DNA of 64,000 bases, taken from Ramazzottius varieornatus. Taxonomy: Eukaryota > Animalia > Tardigrada. Both the position numbers and the translations under genes were made by a program. Numbering within the stretch: the stretch's first letter is position 1; each line of letters opens with the position of its first letter. This document shows positions 25,068 through 38,663 of this stretch, piece by piece. Location of the stretch: contig BDGG01000003.1 in NCBI GenBank assembly GCA_001949185.1, forward strand, positions 1,524,725-1,588,724. The letters are read 5' to 3'. Below the pieces are notes generated by a model. It ran no database searches. It saw only the letters and a list, made by a program, of their open reading frames with translations, and was not told the DNA's origin.

Positions 25068-26518
25068 ATGGCGTCTTCTGTCAATGTCGAACCCGTCCGT
25101 GCTGATATCGTCATTGAGCGGACGGAGAACCGTGGTCCCCAAAAGGACTCTTGGACGTCGTCCCATGCGGAATATTCCTACTGGCCTACGGATTTCTATC
25201 GCCGATTGAATAATAACATTTATTCAAACACTGGTGAGCACCTTTGCTTTTTTTCTTATTCCTTTGTTGCAGACATGAGCAAACTGTACCATTCAGATCC
25301 CCGAGGAAGAGGATGGCCCCTCACGGAAAGGTTTGATCTAATTCTCCTGCTGGGAGTGGGATATCTCGCCATGGTTTACTATGGACCACGATACATGAAA
25401 CATCGGAAACCGATGGAACTAAAGGGCTTAATGGCAGCTTACAACGTCGTTATGGTTGTTACATCCTTGTGGATGTTTCTGGAGGTAAGTGTACGTGGAG
25501 CCTATTGGACGAACTCGTTCAAACTCTTCTGATTGACATAAAGTTCTGAATTTCCATTTTTCATTTTAGTTTGTTATCAACAGTCGAAGTGTCTTGGAAT
25601 ATTTCCTTTGCATATGCCAACCTCATCGAATTTCATACGAACCGTCAGAATTGCGAGTAAGTTCGATCTGGCATCCTGGTAGGACTTGCTTTTTGAAGTC
25701 TTTCTTCTTTAAATCTGCAGATTGTAACGGCGTTTTATGTCTACTTCCTGAGCAAACCAGTCGAATTCTTGGATACCGCTTTCATGATCCTGAAGAAGAA
25801 AAACAGCCAAATCACTTTTCTTCATATCTTCCATCATTTCAGCATGCTGTTTATCGTACGTAACTTCCACTGCCAAGGCTTAGACTTCTCGCGGAATCCT
25901 CGTATCTGTGATCTTGTTTTCTTCTTCTTTTCACAGACATTCGCCACCATGCTCCATGCCCCTTCCGACCAAGGTAACCAACGCTCGACCCGGAAGGATC
26001 TACTGGGAAATGCTAGGTCGTGTCCGGAAGTTACTGCACGACATAAATATTGACTTCTTTTGCAGCCATCTACGGACCCATCATAAACACTTTTGTCCAC
26101 GTAGTCATGTATAGCTACTACCTCCTGTCCATGTTTCCGGCATTGCAGCCGTACCTCTGGTGGAAAAAGTATCTCACCCAGTTGCAACTGGTGAGTCGGG
26201 CCTCGTTGCTCTCGGAAAGCCTTTACAACAGGTCCTTTCCGGCTGTTTTAGGTGCAGTTTCTTCTGATATTGTCAGCGACCATTGTCAACCTGGCACGAG
26301 AAGACTGCAAATACCCAAGATGGCTCGGATACATCCAGCTCTGGTTCCTCCTAGCTTTGGTCGTTCTCTTCAGTAACTTTTACGTTCAGTCCTACCTGAA
26401 GGACAGAAACAAGCGAAGAGAGAACAAAGAACAATCAAAGACTAAAAGTGACACCAGAAACGGAGTTCACAACACCACCACGCCCAAGGGTCGAAAAACA
26501 CACGAGAAAGACCTCTAA
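25068..26518 (+). CDS. ELOVL: Very-long-chain fatty acid elongase (ELO family)
   Basis: [74 protein letters not shown]. Confidence 0.93.
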
Positions 26519-26799
26519 CAGCTGAAAACAGCTGATATTTAAAAGCGAGAAGAATATGTCATAATATTCAAAACTGATCCCCGTTGATTATCTTCTTTTT
26601 TTAATAGTAAAAAATATTCTACAACGTCGAAACCAGCAGTTATCGAAGAGATAAAAATGATAAGAGAGGCCTTGTACCTCAATACAATTGAAACCGTGCA
26701 CTGCTATTGACACAAGAACTAAGAAATAAAAGCTGATCATAAAAGTCGTTAAAACTACAAAACGCCATCTATAAGATATAAACCGAAAACAGTAACCGA

Positions 26800-29493
26800 C
26801 TATGTCAGCGTAGTACCAGGTTTCAAAGAGACAAAGGGTTTGCGTATGGGTAACGGATGCGCTTCCGTATTAAAAACATACCCATCTAACGGTAACAAGA
26901 CCCTCTCATCATCAAACAACAAAAACAAATATTTGAACGTTTCCGCCAACAAAAAGCTCTCCATATGGTCCCTATGCCTGACCTTCTCTGCTTCATTCAC
27001 ATTCTCGATACTGGCATACCCGCCACTCTGCACTTTGGCGTACTTCTCAATGGCCAGAAAAACGTCCCATCCCCATTCCTGGTATGTGCTATTCTTGGTC
27101 AACCGGTACAAGTAAAACAAACTCTCGACATACTCTGGTCTCAACAACGCATGTGCATCGTTGGTCTTGATGTACATATCGACAGTATCGGCGGGTGTGT
27201 CAGAGTTCCCTATGTTGAAATGGCCGATCTCCGGACCGAGACCTGTGGCTGTTCGGACGTACATCTGCCTACATGTGTAAGCGAGGTTCTGTGCGAGAGT
27301 TAAGTGATCCTCTGGCATACCGTTCATGTAGCCTAAGGCTAAAGTGCCTGGGAGGAAACATGCTAAGACGTCCATCTTAGATGAAAAGCGCGGACCGTGG
27401 AGTTCGCCGAGGAAGACAAGGTGATTGGGCAAGGAGGAACGCATGAGGTGCTTTTGGGCACCGGTGATGGCTTGGACATAGTCGTCACGCAGCCAGTCGG
27501 AGCGCTTGCCGTCCTGCAACCATTGTTTGAGCAAGTATTCGTAGTAGGAGTCACCACGGGCTCCGAAGGAGATGACCGCGGATTGGCGGAAGTGACCAGT
27601 GACGGCGTTGATAAAGATGGGAACGAGACCATCTTTCTTGGGGAGCTTGTGGACGATTTCCGCAACATTGAAAGACTTCGTCTAAGAGTGAACATAGATA
27701 TATTGATGCCTTTTCAAAACATACTATTGGAAGTGCTCGATATTTTTCCAAAATGGTTCGACTTGTGCGGGAGCTTAACAAATAAATTTGCGAAGATTAC
27801 TTCCCAAGTGGCGCACGCTGTTGGTTTTGTTGGACGAAAGCGTGCGCCACGTAAGGCAACAATCTTGCCGAGTTTGTCTGCCGAGCTCCCCATTTTCTGA
27901 AACTTCGTAAAAGGTGTGAGAAGATTTTCACGGGTTTTAACGGCTGCTGTGAGATGAGCCACAATTTCAGATTTCAATTTATTAGTCTGGAATGTATTGG
28001 TGGACCATTCTTACAGCGAATTTTGGGTCGCCCGTCACGAAAGACAAATCGTTAAATTCAAGCTGGATGGTCGTCACTTCCGCCGTGGAACTATCGGGTC
28101 CCCACGAAGGCGCATGCGAAGTCTTCTTCTGCAAGTTCACATCGGAGTGAGGTACTCCGGACTCTGTCTCGAACGCTACAAGCAGCCGTTCACCCAGGTC
28201 GAGTGATTTCTCCTTGAACACATCGTCACCCGACAGATGATAAGCGCTCAGAAGACCGCCGAGCACTCGAATGGTAATCTCGAACAGGTTCACGTCGACA
28301 TTCTTGTCGAACGTTAAAGACTCTGTCACCCACTTTTGCGCTTCAGCAAACTCTGTAAAGTACGACCATGTTAGATGGGACGAGGGTAAATGAAGCGAAC
28401 CAGTGCGTCATACTAAGTAGCGCATGTTCTCAGTTTTGCTGGGTGAGAGTGTGCGCCACTTGGGACAGCAATTCGCCTTCCCGCTTACCTTTGGTGAGAC
28501 CCATGATGTACATGGTATCCAGAGAATCCACCAACGTCAAACCGACCTTAAACCACTCCTTGTAGCTCTTTGACATCGGTTTCAGCTCGTCATGTCCCCA
28601 CGCGTACTTCTTGTACGCGTCATAGGCCCATTGAAAAGCCTCGACGACTTGTTTCTGCCGGTAGTTCGCCGCACCAGCGAAAATCCGCGGTTTGGGCACC
28701 ACCATGTTCTCCTGAACTTGTTCGAAGGCTGGTTTGATGGTTGACAGTCTAGCCGAGGTCGACATCCGAGCCTTCTTGCGAGCAAGAGGCCGAGTGTCCA
28801 CTTCGGCACCGTTGCCACCGCCGACCGAGTCGTTGCCGTTCTCTTGGTCGATGTCCAACGGTTCGACCCCTTCTGGGAGGTTCTCTTCGGCTGCTGTCTG
28901 ATCTTTTCCAGTACGTTCTTGTTCAAGTTTGAGTTCTTCGTTGCGCCGAGCATCTAAATATCGCTGGTGCTTACCCTACAAAACACAGTCAGGCGAAGAA
29001 AAAATCATTCGTCGACTGACATGACTGCACGACCGTGCAGGATGTATGACATGACAAGATGACGGGTAATTCGACACGTCATACTGCCGCATGACGTCAA
29101 GAAAACACGGATAACCGCATGACTGTGCCCATGACACTCTGACAGCGCTTCGGACGTCAGGGCTTTTCCAGGTGGAATACTATTCGACAAAAATTAACAT
29201 ACCAAATCTTCGGTCTCGATGGGTTTCTGCACCCGTTGTCGCGCGATGTGCAACCTGCCATCACTGTCGACATCAATCTTCATGTCTTCCCCATATTTCT
29301 GGAATTTCGTGACGGCGAGGAGAGTCAAGAGAAGGACAGCGCAATAGAGTACATATCGTTGAAATTTTGAAAGACGATTCCATGTCCGCCAGAAAGGGAA
29401 GCGCCGTCGCTGACGGCTGGCGATGTAGTTGTCCGACACCATAGAGCCTGTTGGGAGTAAGACGGAGGTGTGAGCGTACGACATGGTAATCAT
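26800..29493 (-). CDS. MAN1B1: ER alpha-1,2-mannosidase (GH47)
   Basis: Type II TM segment, [79 protein letters not shown]. Confidence 0.93.
27768..27890. mobile_element. Family X palindromic element
   Basis: GTGGCGCAC(27808)-N25-GTGCGCCAC; MAN1B1 intron. Confidence 0.78.
28377..28488. mobile_element. Family X element (degenerate)
   Basis: GTAGCGCAT(28417)-N25-GTGCGCCACTTGGGA; MAN1B1 intron. Confidence 0.6.
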
Positions 29494-30054
29494 AAACGGT
29501 AATCGCTGTCGGGCTGGGAAAAAGTACTGGTTGAGCCGCGGTCCATGCTCTCTCATCGACGACACATTCTGCAAAAACACAAACACCCAGTAACGGGCCA
29601 AGAGTCAGCGGCTGCCACTATGCTCGACATTCGGAACAACTTCCGAACCTCGGGAAGAATGTAGTGTTTGCATAGTGTCCATGTGGTACAGATTAAAAGT
29701 TTAAAAATCAAAATAATCAGAAACAAAGGCGTGACTAATCAACAATCAATGCATCTGAGCACGTTTCACCCAGTTTTGATTTGACTGGTGACCCGAACCA
29801 CAAGTCTGTCTTTGAGGGGCGGATTTTTTGCTCTTGCTATGCTATGTTTTTGCTCGAATTTCTGTTTTATTTCTGTTTACATATCGGAGAGCGAACTTCT
29901 CCGCGCATGAATCATTCCGTAACGATCTAGAAGAAGAAGAATATCCTGGTTATGCTGCTCGATATGTTTCAGGTACGCACCTAGTGAAACAGTTAGCCAC
30001 CCGCGAATCAAGACAGCGACTGGACGTGGATGTCTTCTCTTGGACAAGAAGGAA

Positions 30055-31709
30055 ATGAACGATGAAGAAGCACTATGTACTGACAATACTCCGCTGAATA
30101 TCTGCATGGTCTCGGATTTCTTCTATCCTAACATCGGAGGCATCGAAAGCCATATCTACCAGCTGTCTTACTGTCTACGGAAACGCGGACACAATGTGGT
30201 CATCGTCACACACGCGTATGTACCACTCGCGCGTGGCGTCACCTGCTGGTCGCTATTTCCATCGGGCTCCACGTTGTCATGCGTCACTTGATATGATAAC
30301 TGTGAATTTGGTTCAATTCACGTCCGCACTCTCATTTCGTCTTGTTTTCATTAGGTATGGACCACGAGTGGGCGTCCGGTACATCACGGGTAACATCAAG
30401 GTCTACTACCTGCCAATTCCACCCTTCCACGAGCAGTGCATCTTCCCTACGATGCTGGTCACAGCCCCGTTCCTCCGGGCCGTCTTCCTTCGCAACGACA
30501 TCAATGTCGTGCACGGCCACTCGGCTTTCTCGCCCCTAGCTCACGAAGCTCTCTTTCACGCAAAGCTAATGGGTATACACACGGTCTTCACCGATCACTC
30601 GCTCTTCGGATTCGCGGACGTCAGCTCCATCATAACGAACCAACTGTTGTGCATGACGTTGGCGACCTGCGATCATGTCATCTGCGTCTCGCATATGAGC
30701 AAGGAAAACACGGTGTTGCGAGCGAGATTCCCTGATCCCTGGTCCGTATCGGTCATTCCTAACGCTGTGGATGCGACAAAGTTCCCGGCGAAGAAGACTG
30801 AGGTGGTCGCGGAGAAACAGAATGGAAAGAAGAGGGTGGGAGAAGAAGTGAACGTCGTCATAATGAGTCGGCTGGTTTACCGACGCGGGATCGACCTCCT
30901 CGCTGGAGTTATTCCTAATATCTGTGATAAGTATCCTGGTGTGAATTTCCTAATCGGTGGCGATGGTCCAAAGAGAATCGTCCTGGAAGAAATGAGGGAA
31001 AAGCATTGTTTGCAGGTAATGGTTCCGGTATGTCATATTACCTTACTAGGTTACATATTGTGTCATGTCATGTTACATGGTTGGACTGGCCATTCAGTTG
31101 ATAGTTGTTTGACTTCATTACTCGTTGCAGGAAAGAGTGATTCTTCTCGGACGGATTGACCACGACCAAGTTCCTGAGTTCCTGCATAAAGGTTCCATAT
31201 ACCTCAACACATCGCTCACCGAAGCCTTTTGTATTTCAATAATCGAGGCAGCTGCCGTCGGGCTCTTAGTGGTGTCAACCAAAGTCGGAGGTGTTCCTGA
31301 GGTACTTCCGCCCGACATGATGCGTTTGGCCGAGCCCGACGCTCGGTCTGTCGAAGTCTGTCTGGACCAAGCAATCCGCGACGTCTACCTTCAAAACCCC
31401 GACATCCTCCCCCCTGAAGTGTGCCACGAACGTATTAAAAAAATGTACAGTTGGGAGAATGTGGCTATGCGGACGGAAGTAGTGTATCGACGTGCCTTTG
31501 CCAAAGAGATGCCAACGGTAGGTGATCTCGCTGTGTCTTCCTATGACCACTGCGGCTTTTTTAGCCGCCTCTTGATGGTCACCTTGTTGTTGTTAGACTT
31601 GATAATGTTTACTGTTTGTGAATTNNNNNNNNNNNNNNNNNNNNNNNNNNNNNNNNNNNNNNNNNNNNNNNNNNCCAGCCGAAGAGCTACGGAAATCCGG
31701 CTCGAATAA
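30055..31709 (+). CDS. PIGA: GPI-GlcNAc transferase catalytic subunit PIG-A (3' end crosses an N gap)
   Basis: [53 protein letters not shown]. Confidence 0.95.
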
Positions 31710-31882
31710 TTTAAAGAAACAAGAAGTAATTGTGCCAAAAACAAAGCATAAAAGACGACATAAAAGTCATGACCAGAAACTGATTTTCTAATAAAATTCC
31801 CGCTGCAGAACATACGCGTCCCCTGCTTCCACAAAAGAGATGAAACGTTAAAGAGGAGATCGATGAAAATTGACGGAGGAGA

Positions 31883-32284
31883 TTAGTTTATTCGCATTCG
31901 AGAACTCGAAGGTCCGTCTTGATTCGGTTGTGGTCTTTTTCTGGATGATCCAACGTTGTTCAGAGGGGCTCCTGCACCTCCTCCCTGAGTGAATCCAGTA
32001 TCTTTCCGTTCTCGAGCTGACAGGTTGTTCAAGTTGTAGTCGACTTGGCCCAAGAGTTCCCGAATGAGAATTTTGGCGAAAGCAACGTGGCGCTTCATTT
32101 GCTCAGTGGCCGTCTTGTTTCCCGTGTGTGCAGGCCGAATTTGCTTGCCTATTTCTTCGATGGTGGCGAGAAGCAGGGGGTACTTCTGCTGGTTGGCCAC
32201 GGGAACATTGGCGAACTGCGCAGCTGCAGCGTTGAGACCAGCCAACGCGGGATGGATAGAAGAGGAATTCTGATCCGAATTCAT
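31883..32284 (-). CDS. CDK2AP1: CDK2-associated protein 1/2 (DOC-1) homolog
   Basis: KYPLLLATIEEIGKQIRPAHTGNKTATEQMKR matches the KY..LL..IEE.GKEIRPTYAGSK motif. Confidence 0.8.
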   Translation of the reverse strand: MNSDQNSSSIHPALAGLNAAAAQFANVPVANQQKYPLLLATIEEIGKQIRPAHTGNKTATEQMKRHVAFAKILIRELLGQVDYNLNNLSARERKDTGFTQGGGAGAPLNNVGSSRKRPQPNQDGPSSSRMRIN

Positions 32285-33182
32285 CGTGGCAGCTCCGATC
32301 GCTTTCTTGGGAAAAGGTTAGGGACCGCCTGGTTACGGTTCCTACATGGACTTTCTTCGATCCTGCAGTCCTGTAACCATATCTTCCGCGGATCCCCAGC
32401 TGAAAACAAGAAGCCCAAGTCGAGAGCTGGAAAGTGGAGGACGAAAAAGCAGCAACAACTTCTTGAAAATCTATCTCAAAAAGATTTTTCAGACCAGGTC
32501 ATCCCGCATCGTCAAATTGTCATTTGTCAGGCGCTGTCTTGTTATTTCCCGGGGCTACCGGGGTGAGAATTTCTCTCCCCCCGAGATTGATTGATTTTTG
32601 CACTGCTATTGGGTTGTTCAATGGATTTCGATTTTGCAATGGTCCTGCGGGAAACTGCTGTCGACCACTGATGTGCTGCTGAAGCGCGCGTCTGTCGAAG
32701 CATGGTAAGGCAAAACGAGCAACATTAAAATGGTAGGCCATAAATTTACCGGAGCCAAGTCTCGTATGTAAGAAACCTTGGCGTCGAATCCCGGTAGAAG
32801 TGCTTTTTCGAATATTGAGCTAACAGGTGCAGTCAATCGATCGAAGTGTGGTTTTGTTTCTTTTTTATACCCAAGCTGCGGTGGAGGTTGATTGAATGAT
32901 CTTACTTTTCGGTCAGATTAACAATCTTGTACGTCACAGATTACGCCATGACAAAATCTGCCCCGCATTATGCTTTGACGCACGACATCAAGGATACTTC
33001 ACGGCGTCCTTCCTGCCAGCAACGCGCGCTTCAGCAGCACATCAGTACTATCGACAGGTATTCGATCTTTATTCCTCTTTCATCGACGTTTTTTGGAGTG
33101 GTAGGCGGGCTGATACGGCTTGGTTACTGTGCAGTGTGCACTTATATCTTTACATATGATGGTCATACGTCCAGGAGGATAG

Positions 33183-34194
33183 ATGCATGTGCGTGGCACA
33201 GTTCTGATGCTCAAAACCACTCAACACGTTCCGCGGCTTGTCAGTCGTGCCTCATCAACTGTCATGTCCGTTTACTCTGCTCCCACGCCGATCACCACTA
33301 ATTTCCACGTACCCAGTGCTGGAATGGCAACTGCAGCAGTGGCTAGGGTCGTCGAGAAGACGCCTCGTCCAGTGGTTCTGTCGGGACCGAGCGGCTGTGG
33401 AAAATCCACCCTGATCAACCGGCTGATTAACGAGATTGGCAAGGATAAACTGGGCTTCTCTGTCTCGCACACCACCCGTGGGCCGCGTCCTGGAGAGAAG
33501 GATACGGTGGACTATCACTTCGTTACACGGGAAGAATTTGAAAAAGCTATCGAAGACAAAGAATTTGTAGAGCACGCGATATTTTCAGGTGAGCACTTTA
33601 TTTGAGACGTGGGGAAATGAGAACTGGAGCCAGATTGTTATCCTGAGTGGCGCACGTTTTCGTTGTTAGACGCAGGTGGTGTGCGCCACTTGGGAGCACA
33701 ACCTGGTTTAGAGTTCGAACCACGTTTTATTTCTGGCCCTAATGGGCTGCTATGATCTTGGACAATTTACTGGCATTCGGCGGGCTCTTTGGTTAATTTG
33801 GGTCTTGCTTGTGTTGCCAGGAAACCGTTACGGAACCAGTAAGAAAGCCATCCTGGACGTTCTGCAGCACGGCAAGCTTTGCCTTCTCGACATCGATTCT
33901 CAAGGTGTCAAGAGTATCAAAGGTACAGATCTGAATCCCGTTCTCGTATTTATCAAGCCCCCTTCGCTGGAAGTCCTCGAGATGCGCCTGCGATCTCGTG
34001 GAACTGAGACGGAAGAAGCCATTCAGAAACGTTTGGCTACAGCCGGAACAGAGATGGAGTTTGGCAACACGCCGGGCGTATATGATCACATCATCATTAA
34101 CGATGATCTAGAGGTGGCATACAAGCAGCTGAAATCGATAATAGACCAGGTTATGCGAGATAACTCGGCCTCAATAAAGGAAGGTTCCTCCTGA
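33183..34194 (+). CDS. GUK1: Guanylate kinase
   Basis: [37 protein letters not shown]; one intron at ~33588-33820. Confidence 0.96.
33610..33725. mobile_element. Family X palindromic element
   Basis: GTGGCGCAC(33647)-N25-GTGCGCCACTTGGGA; GUK1 intron. Confidence 0.72.
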
Positions 34195-34822
34195 CACGTT
34201 CCTTTCTCCCCTTCTCTCCACTAGAGAAAGAACCTCACAAAAAGATAATACTGGTCCCTTTATTCTCCCGGCATTTCCCCTATAGAGAATTATATTGGTT
34301 TTTCCTGTATCCGAGTTCGCGAATTATTTACTTGGAGTGTGTTTCATTTCGATCAGGAAATTCCGGTTGTTCTTTATCGATCTGTCCGTTATCCTCTGTG
34401 AGTACATTTTTGTGTTTCAAGGATCAGTTCATCCGTTCTTTTTTTCTCTTGCCTATCTCGGGAGCACTTTTGTTTCGGTGCACTGTGTGGTGGTGGTTGA
34501 AGAATATTGATCCGGAAGCGAAGCCACATAGAAGCGATACGAATGACATGTTTTTCACATCACAGACCGATGAATGCACATGTTATACGGGATAAAAAAT
34601 CGATAAAATTTTACAGAGACCAGACAGAACTAAATCACGAAAACAGTGAAGACTAGAATATCCAGTGAGTGCAAATTCACCGACGAAACACAACAGGTGA
34701 GCTAACATTCTGAAAACCGGAACGGCTGACGATGCTACGATTATTACAACAGCTGCCAGATACTACTTTGAGAATGATCAACTCAATTCTGACGATGAGT
34801 TTTGCAAAGGTGTCGCGATTAA

Positions 34823-37747
34823 TTAATCTTCATCGGAGTCGTTGGGTTCCTCAACGTGAGGTCTGTCCCGCATCGCCTGTTCGCGCCATTCCATCACGTT
34901 TTCGACGGTACGCGGCTTCCCGTCCACACCGATTGTCACCGGTTTCAGCACTCCAGTTCTACAAAAATCGATATTCGATCAGAAAGAAGTAGCCGTCCAT
35001 TATCGGCTTACAAAATGGGCAACCGAATTCAGAGCAACCGAAGCCATAATTTATCGATCAATAATGGTCCTGCGGTATCAACCTACGTACCGTAAAACCC
35101 TGTCCATGCTGTTGACGAGATCCATCGCGAGCTGTTCCTTCTGCTCATCCGTCATACCAGCCATCGGGTCAGGACGATCTTCCCTTACAACTCCAGTCAC
35201 CGGTTCTATCCTGTAAAAACACAGCATCCTGAGAAAAACCTTGTTTATTCCGTGAGCCACGTCAGGCTGATACTTGTTTAACCGGAAGTGCGCACTTCCA
35301 GTCGGACAAGAATGGTAGCAACTTTCTCACTTGTTCTTATGTTCGAGATATTCTTCCGTGTCACTAAAGTCTGACTCGTCTTCGTCGTTCTCCATGGAAG
35401 AAGGTTCAGGTTGAGGAAGACCCATCAGGCCTTTCTCCGCCAACCATCCAGCCGCGTTACCGTAGCCCGTATACTTAATCAACCTTCGCACTACAATTCC
35501 AGAGATGATTATTTGCAGGCCATTGTGCCATTGTGCCACGCCATCAGCCAGTCTAGGGTCTAGACCAGACCAGACATAAGAACTCAGCAGCTATCAAGTC
35601 CTCACCATTTTGTCTGCATAGTGCATAAAGCAGGTCGCCAGCGTTATCGCGAACACTGCTCACCGCACTTGTCAGCAGACGACACAGCTTGTTCCTCATA
35701 GTGTCACCTACCTGGAAACAACCAAAAGATAACCAAACGAGCCCACCGGAAACAAAAGCTGACCGTTGGAACCTATGCAAAAAACTCGGCCAGATCGCTT
35801 TCCCAAGTGGCGCACACTACCAGCCGATAACAGTGGAAACGTGCGCCACCTGGTTCCAGTGCCGAGCGTTACTTCATCATATAGCGCAAGTTCCCGAAGA
35901 CGTTGCCTCGCAGCGTATGCCACTTGGGAAAACAGCCTGGACACGTTGGTTTTCTGAATTCCCAGCTACACCACGTACTTCCGGTCTGGTATGGACGTCC
36001 GTCAGGGGCGGAAGTATCATCATCTTCAGGTACTTCCTGATAGTAGGTACAGCTTTCGATGCGTTGGTCAGAGCGCACAGGACCGGCGCAAGATTGTCAT
36101 CGGGACGAAACTTGGAATCACTGCTGAGGGCAAGTTTGGCGTCCAGGAACTCCAGTACCGAGTCGATGGCGCGCATGTCCATTCCTTCAAAGCACGAAGC
36201 CAGAGGTTGTGACTTCCCTTCTTTGTCGGTGACCGGCACGGAGACGAGGAGCTGACTGTATCCGTGCTTCTTGACGACGGTGAGAAGGTTGATGACGTGC
36301 TTCTTTACTTCGTCGGAAGGACTGCAGAGAAGAAGTTCGCGGCAGACTTGTCCCATGTTGACCAAATCCAATTCTTCGCCCTGAAAACACCGGAAAATTT
36401 CATCACAATGTCTGGGACGCGGCGAACGAATTGAACCCATCGTTCACCCCAGTGGCGCCTACTCTCGGCTACAAAAGACGAGACCGTGCGCCTGTTGAAA
36501 TACCGATCTCGTTCAACTTAATCCATCACTTCACGTTCAATTCTGCCAACACTATGCTACAGAAGAGCTTCGGCTACGCTTCTAGTAAGGCAGCCGTGGA
36601 AGTTAGTCACGCGGACAAAGAAAGAAGAGTTTACCATGGTCAGATGCTCCTGTCTCAAATTATACACGAGATTAAAGAGCGTCTTCAATATTTCGCACAG
36701 GACATTCTCCACATGGTTATGCTGGCGTTTGTCGATAAGACAAGTGGCATAGATGCATAAGTCTTGGATTGCTCGACAAGTTTGTCGGAGAGGCGAACGA
36801 ACGTCAGCGCAGAGGATGGTCAGGATGAAAAGAAGCTTAGTGTCCAGATGCTGGTTCTCCATGGGCCATCTTTCCGTATCTTTATTCGCGCTGATCCGTG
36901 CCATCAGACCTTCGACGATCTCTTCGCGACTGAAGTAACGCTGAGCAGACTTGCTATTGAAGACCAGGTTACAGAGAACCTTCTGCGCTTCCGTCGTGAC
37001 TGCAAATGATGTAACGGATGAATAATCGAAAACACCGTTCATGGCAGGCCGTAGAGCCAGTCCACACGGGGCACTCCGGAAAAAGCGGCCTGGACCGAAA
37101 CACAGCCAAGCTTACCAAATATCGAAATATTATTCTAATCTATTTACCCAATAACTCCTCGTCATGTGGAAAAGTTCGATGCGCTTCCTTTCCCAGTCTA
37201 GCTCTCTGCAAGATTACGGCGTATAATTCTTCGCTAGCCAGCGACTCGACGTTCGCCTTGTCTCGAGCAACAATGCGGACAGCTTCCAGGGCAAGAGCAT
37301 GAAGTCCGGCGAGTGAACAGTTGGAGAGGATCTTCGTGGCCGCATTTCCGATCTTCTACAACCATAAAAACCACGCTTGACGTTACCCGGTAAGCTAGCG
37401 GACTTTCCTCATACTGTAGTATTCACAGCCGAAAACATTCTACTACCTTTCTCGCACTCCAATTGAGGTCTGGGAAAGATGTTGGCAAAGAATTCTGCCA
37501 AGAAAAGAAATCCCCCATAACGATGACGCAATGAGGAAAATCACCAGGCAGCATCCAAAGCCTCTCTGCTTGTCTTGAAGATAAGCACAGAGAGTTTGAA
37601 TGCAGTCCAGATAATAACAAGATAGAATCTTCAATCCCGACTTCTCGTCGCTTGTGACAATACCTTTTGCGTAAACGACCGGAGGGATCGTTCGACAGCG
37701 GCAGCATCCTCGTTTTCCAGATCGTCAACGGTAAAAGGAACTTCCAT
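34823..37747 (-). CDS. RIC8: Synembryn / RIC-8 G-alpha GEF and chaperone
   Basis: EAQKVLCNLVFNS, LPPLTDVHTRPE, LIKYTGYGNAAGWLA, IEPVTG..MAGMTDEQKE; final exon ends NDSDED*. Confidence 0.92.
35767..35963. mobile_element. Family X dimer (two cores)
   Basis: Cores at 35807/35841 and 35881/35915, each with a 25-nt spacer; RIC8 intron. Confidence 0.7.
36412..36530. mobile_element. Family X element (degenerate)
   Basis: GTGGCGCCT(36452)-N25-GTGCGCCTG; RIC8 intron. Confidence 0.55.
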
Positions 37748-38663
37748 GATGGCGTCCACGGATCCGGGATTCGCGTGGAGAGTACGTCTATCTCAACCAA
37801 CGTCACGGAAAAGAGTCACCACACCAGAACATCTCTTCTGATCGGCGATTAATCAAGTTATAGACCATCAACGATGTGTCTCGATAGCTATGAGAAAATT
37901 CCAGGAAAAGCTGAAAATAAAGAGATCGATATTTCTCCCGTTCCTCATCCAGAGATCCCGACTGAGCAACTGAGCATCTGAATTGTGATCTACTTTGGTA
38001 GTAGAACGATCTTCAAGATGCACCAGTCTACTCGCGCGGCTTGGGGCGTCAAACAGCATATTAATGCGCGAGTAGAGCGGGGAGGAAATAACAAAGAAGA
38101 GTGAAACGCTCACGCAGGGGAGTTTCCGTTTCGTCCGATTCTATAATAGAACTTTCCTTGATTTATTGGAGCCTCCCCTTTCGGGAGGCGGGAGCCCCCC
38201 GGTTCCTCGAAACATCAGGTTTTTCTTGGCTGGCTTGCCAGGCTTCGTCAATCAGAGGTTGTAGACCCAAATTTTCAAATCTCTCGTACTGGGTTAACCC
38301 AAAAACACCTGTCGGATCTCCGACGAAAAGTGGATTCCCGAAGGATCGAATCCTAAATCGTAATAATGGACACAGTCCAGCATCATATTGACGGTATCAT
38401 CTGTTGGTGAAACGTTGACAGCCTTAGAACCGCGCAATCTTGGGTCCGAAACAGAAGACCCAATTTCACAGCAAGATTTCGGAAAAAATGCTTCTCAATT
38501 GCAAAACCATATAGAACTATGAATATCAGAGCTTGGAATACCCAGAAGAAGAAAAAACACAATCGATTTGGAATAATGTAGGGAAGAAGTACGTAACACC
38601 GAATGTACGAGTACTGACATTCCGCCGGGAAGACCGTATCCTTCATGGCCAGTAGATCAACAT

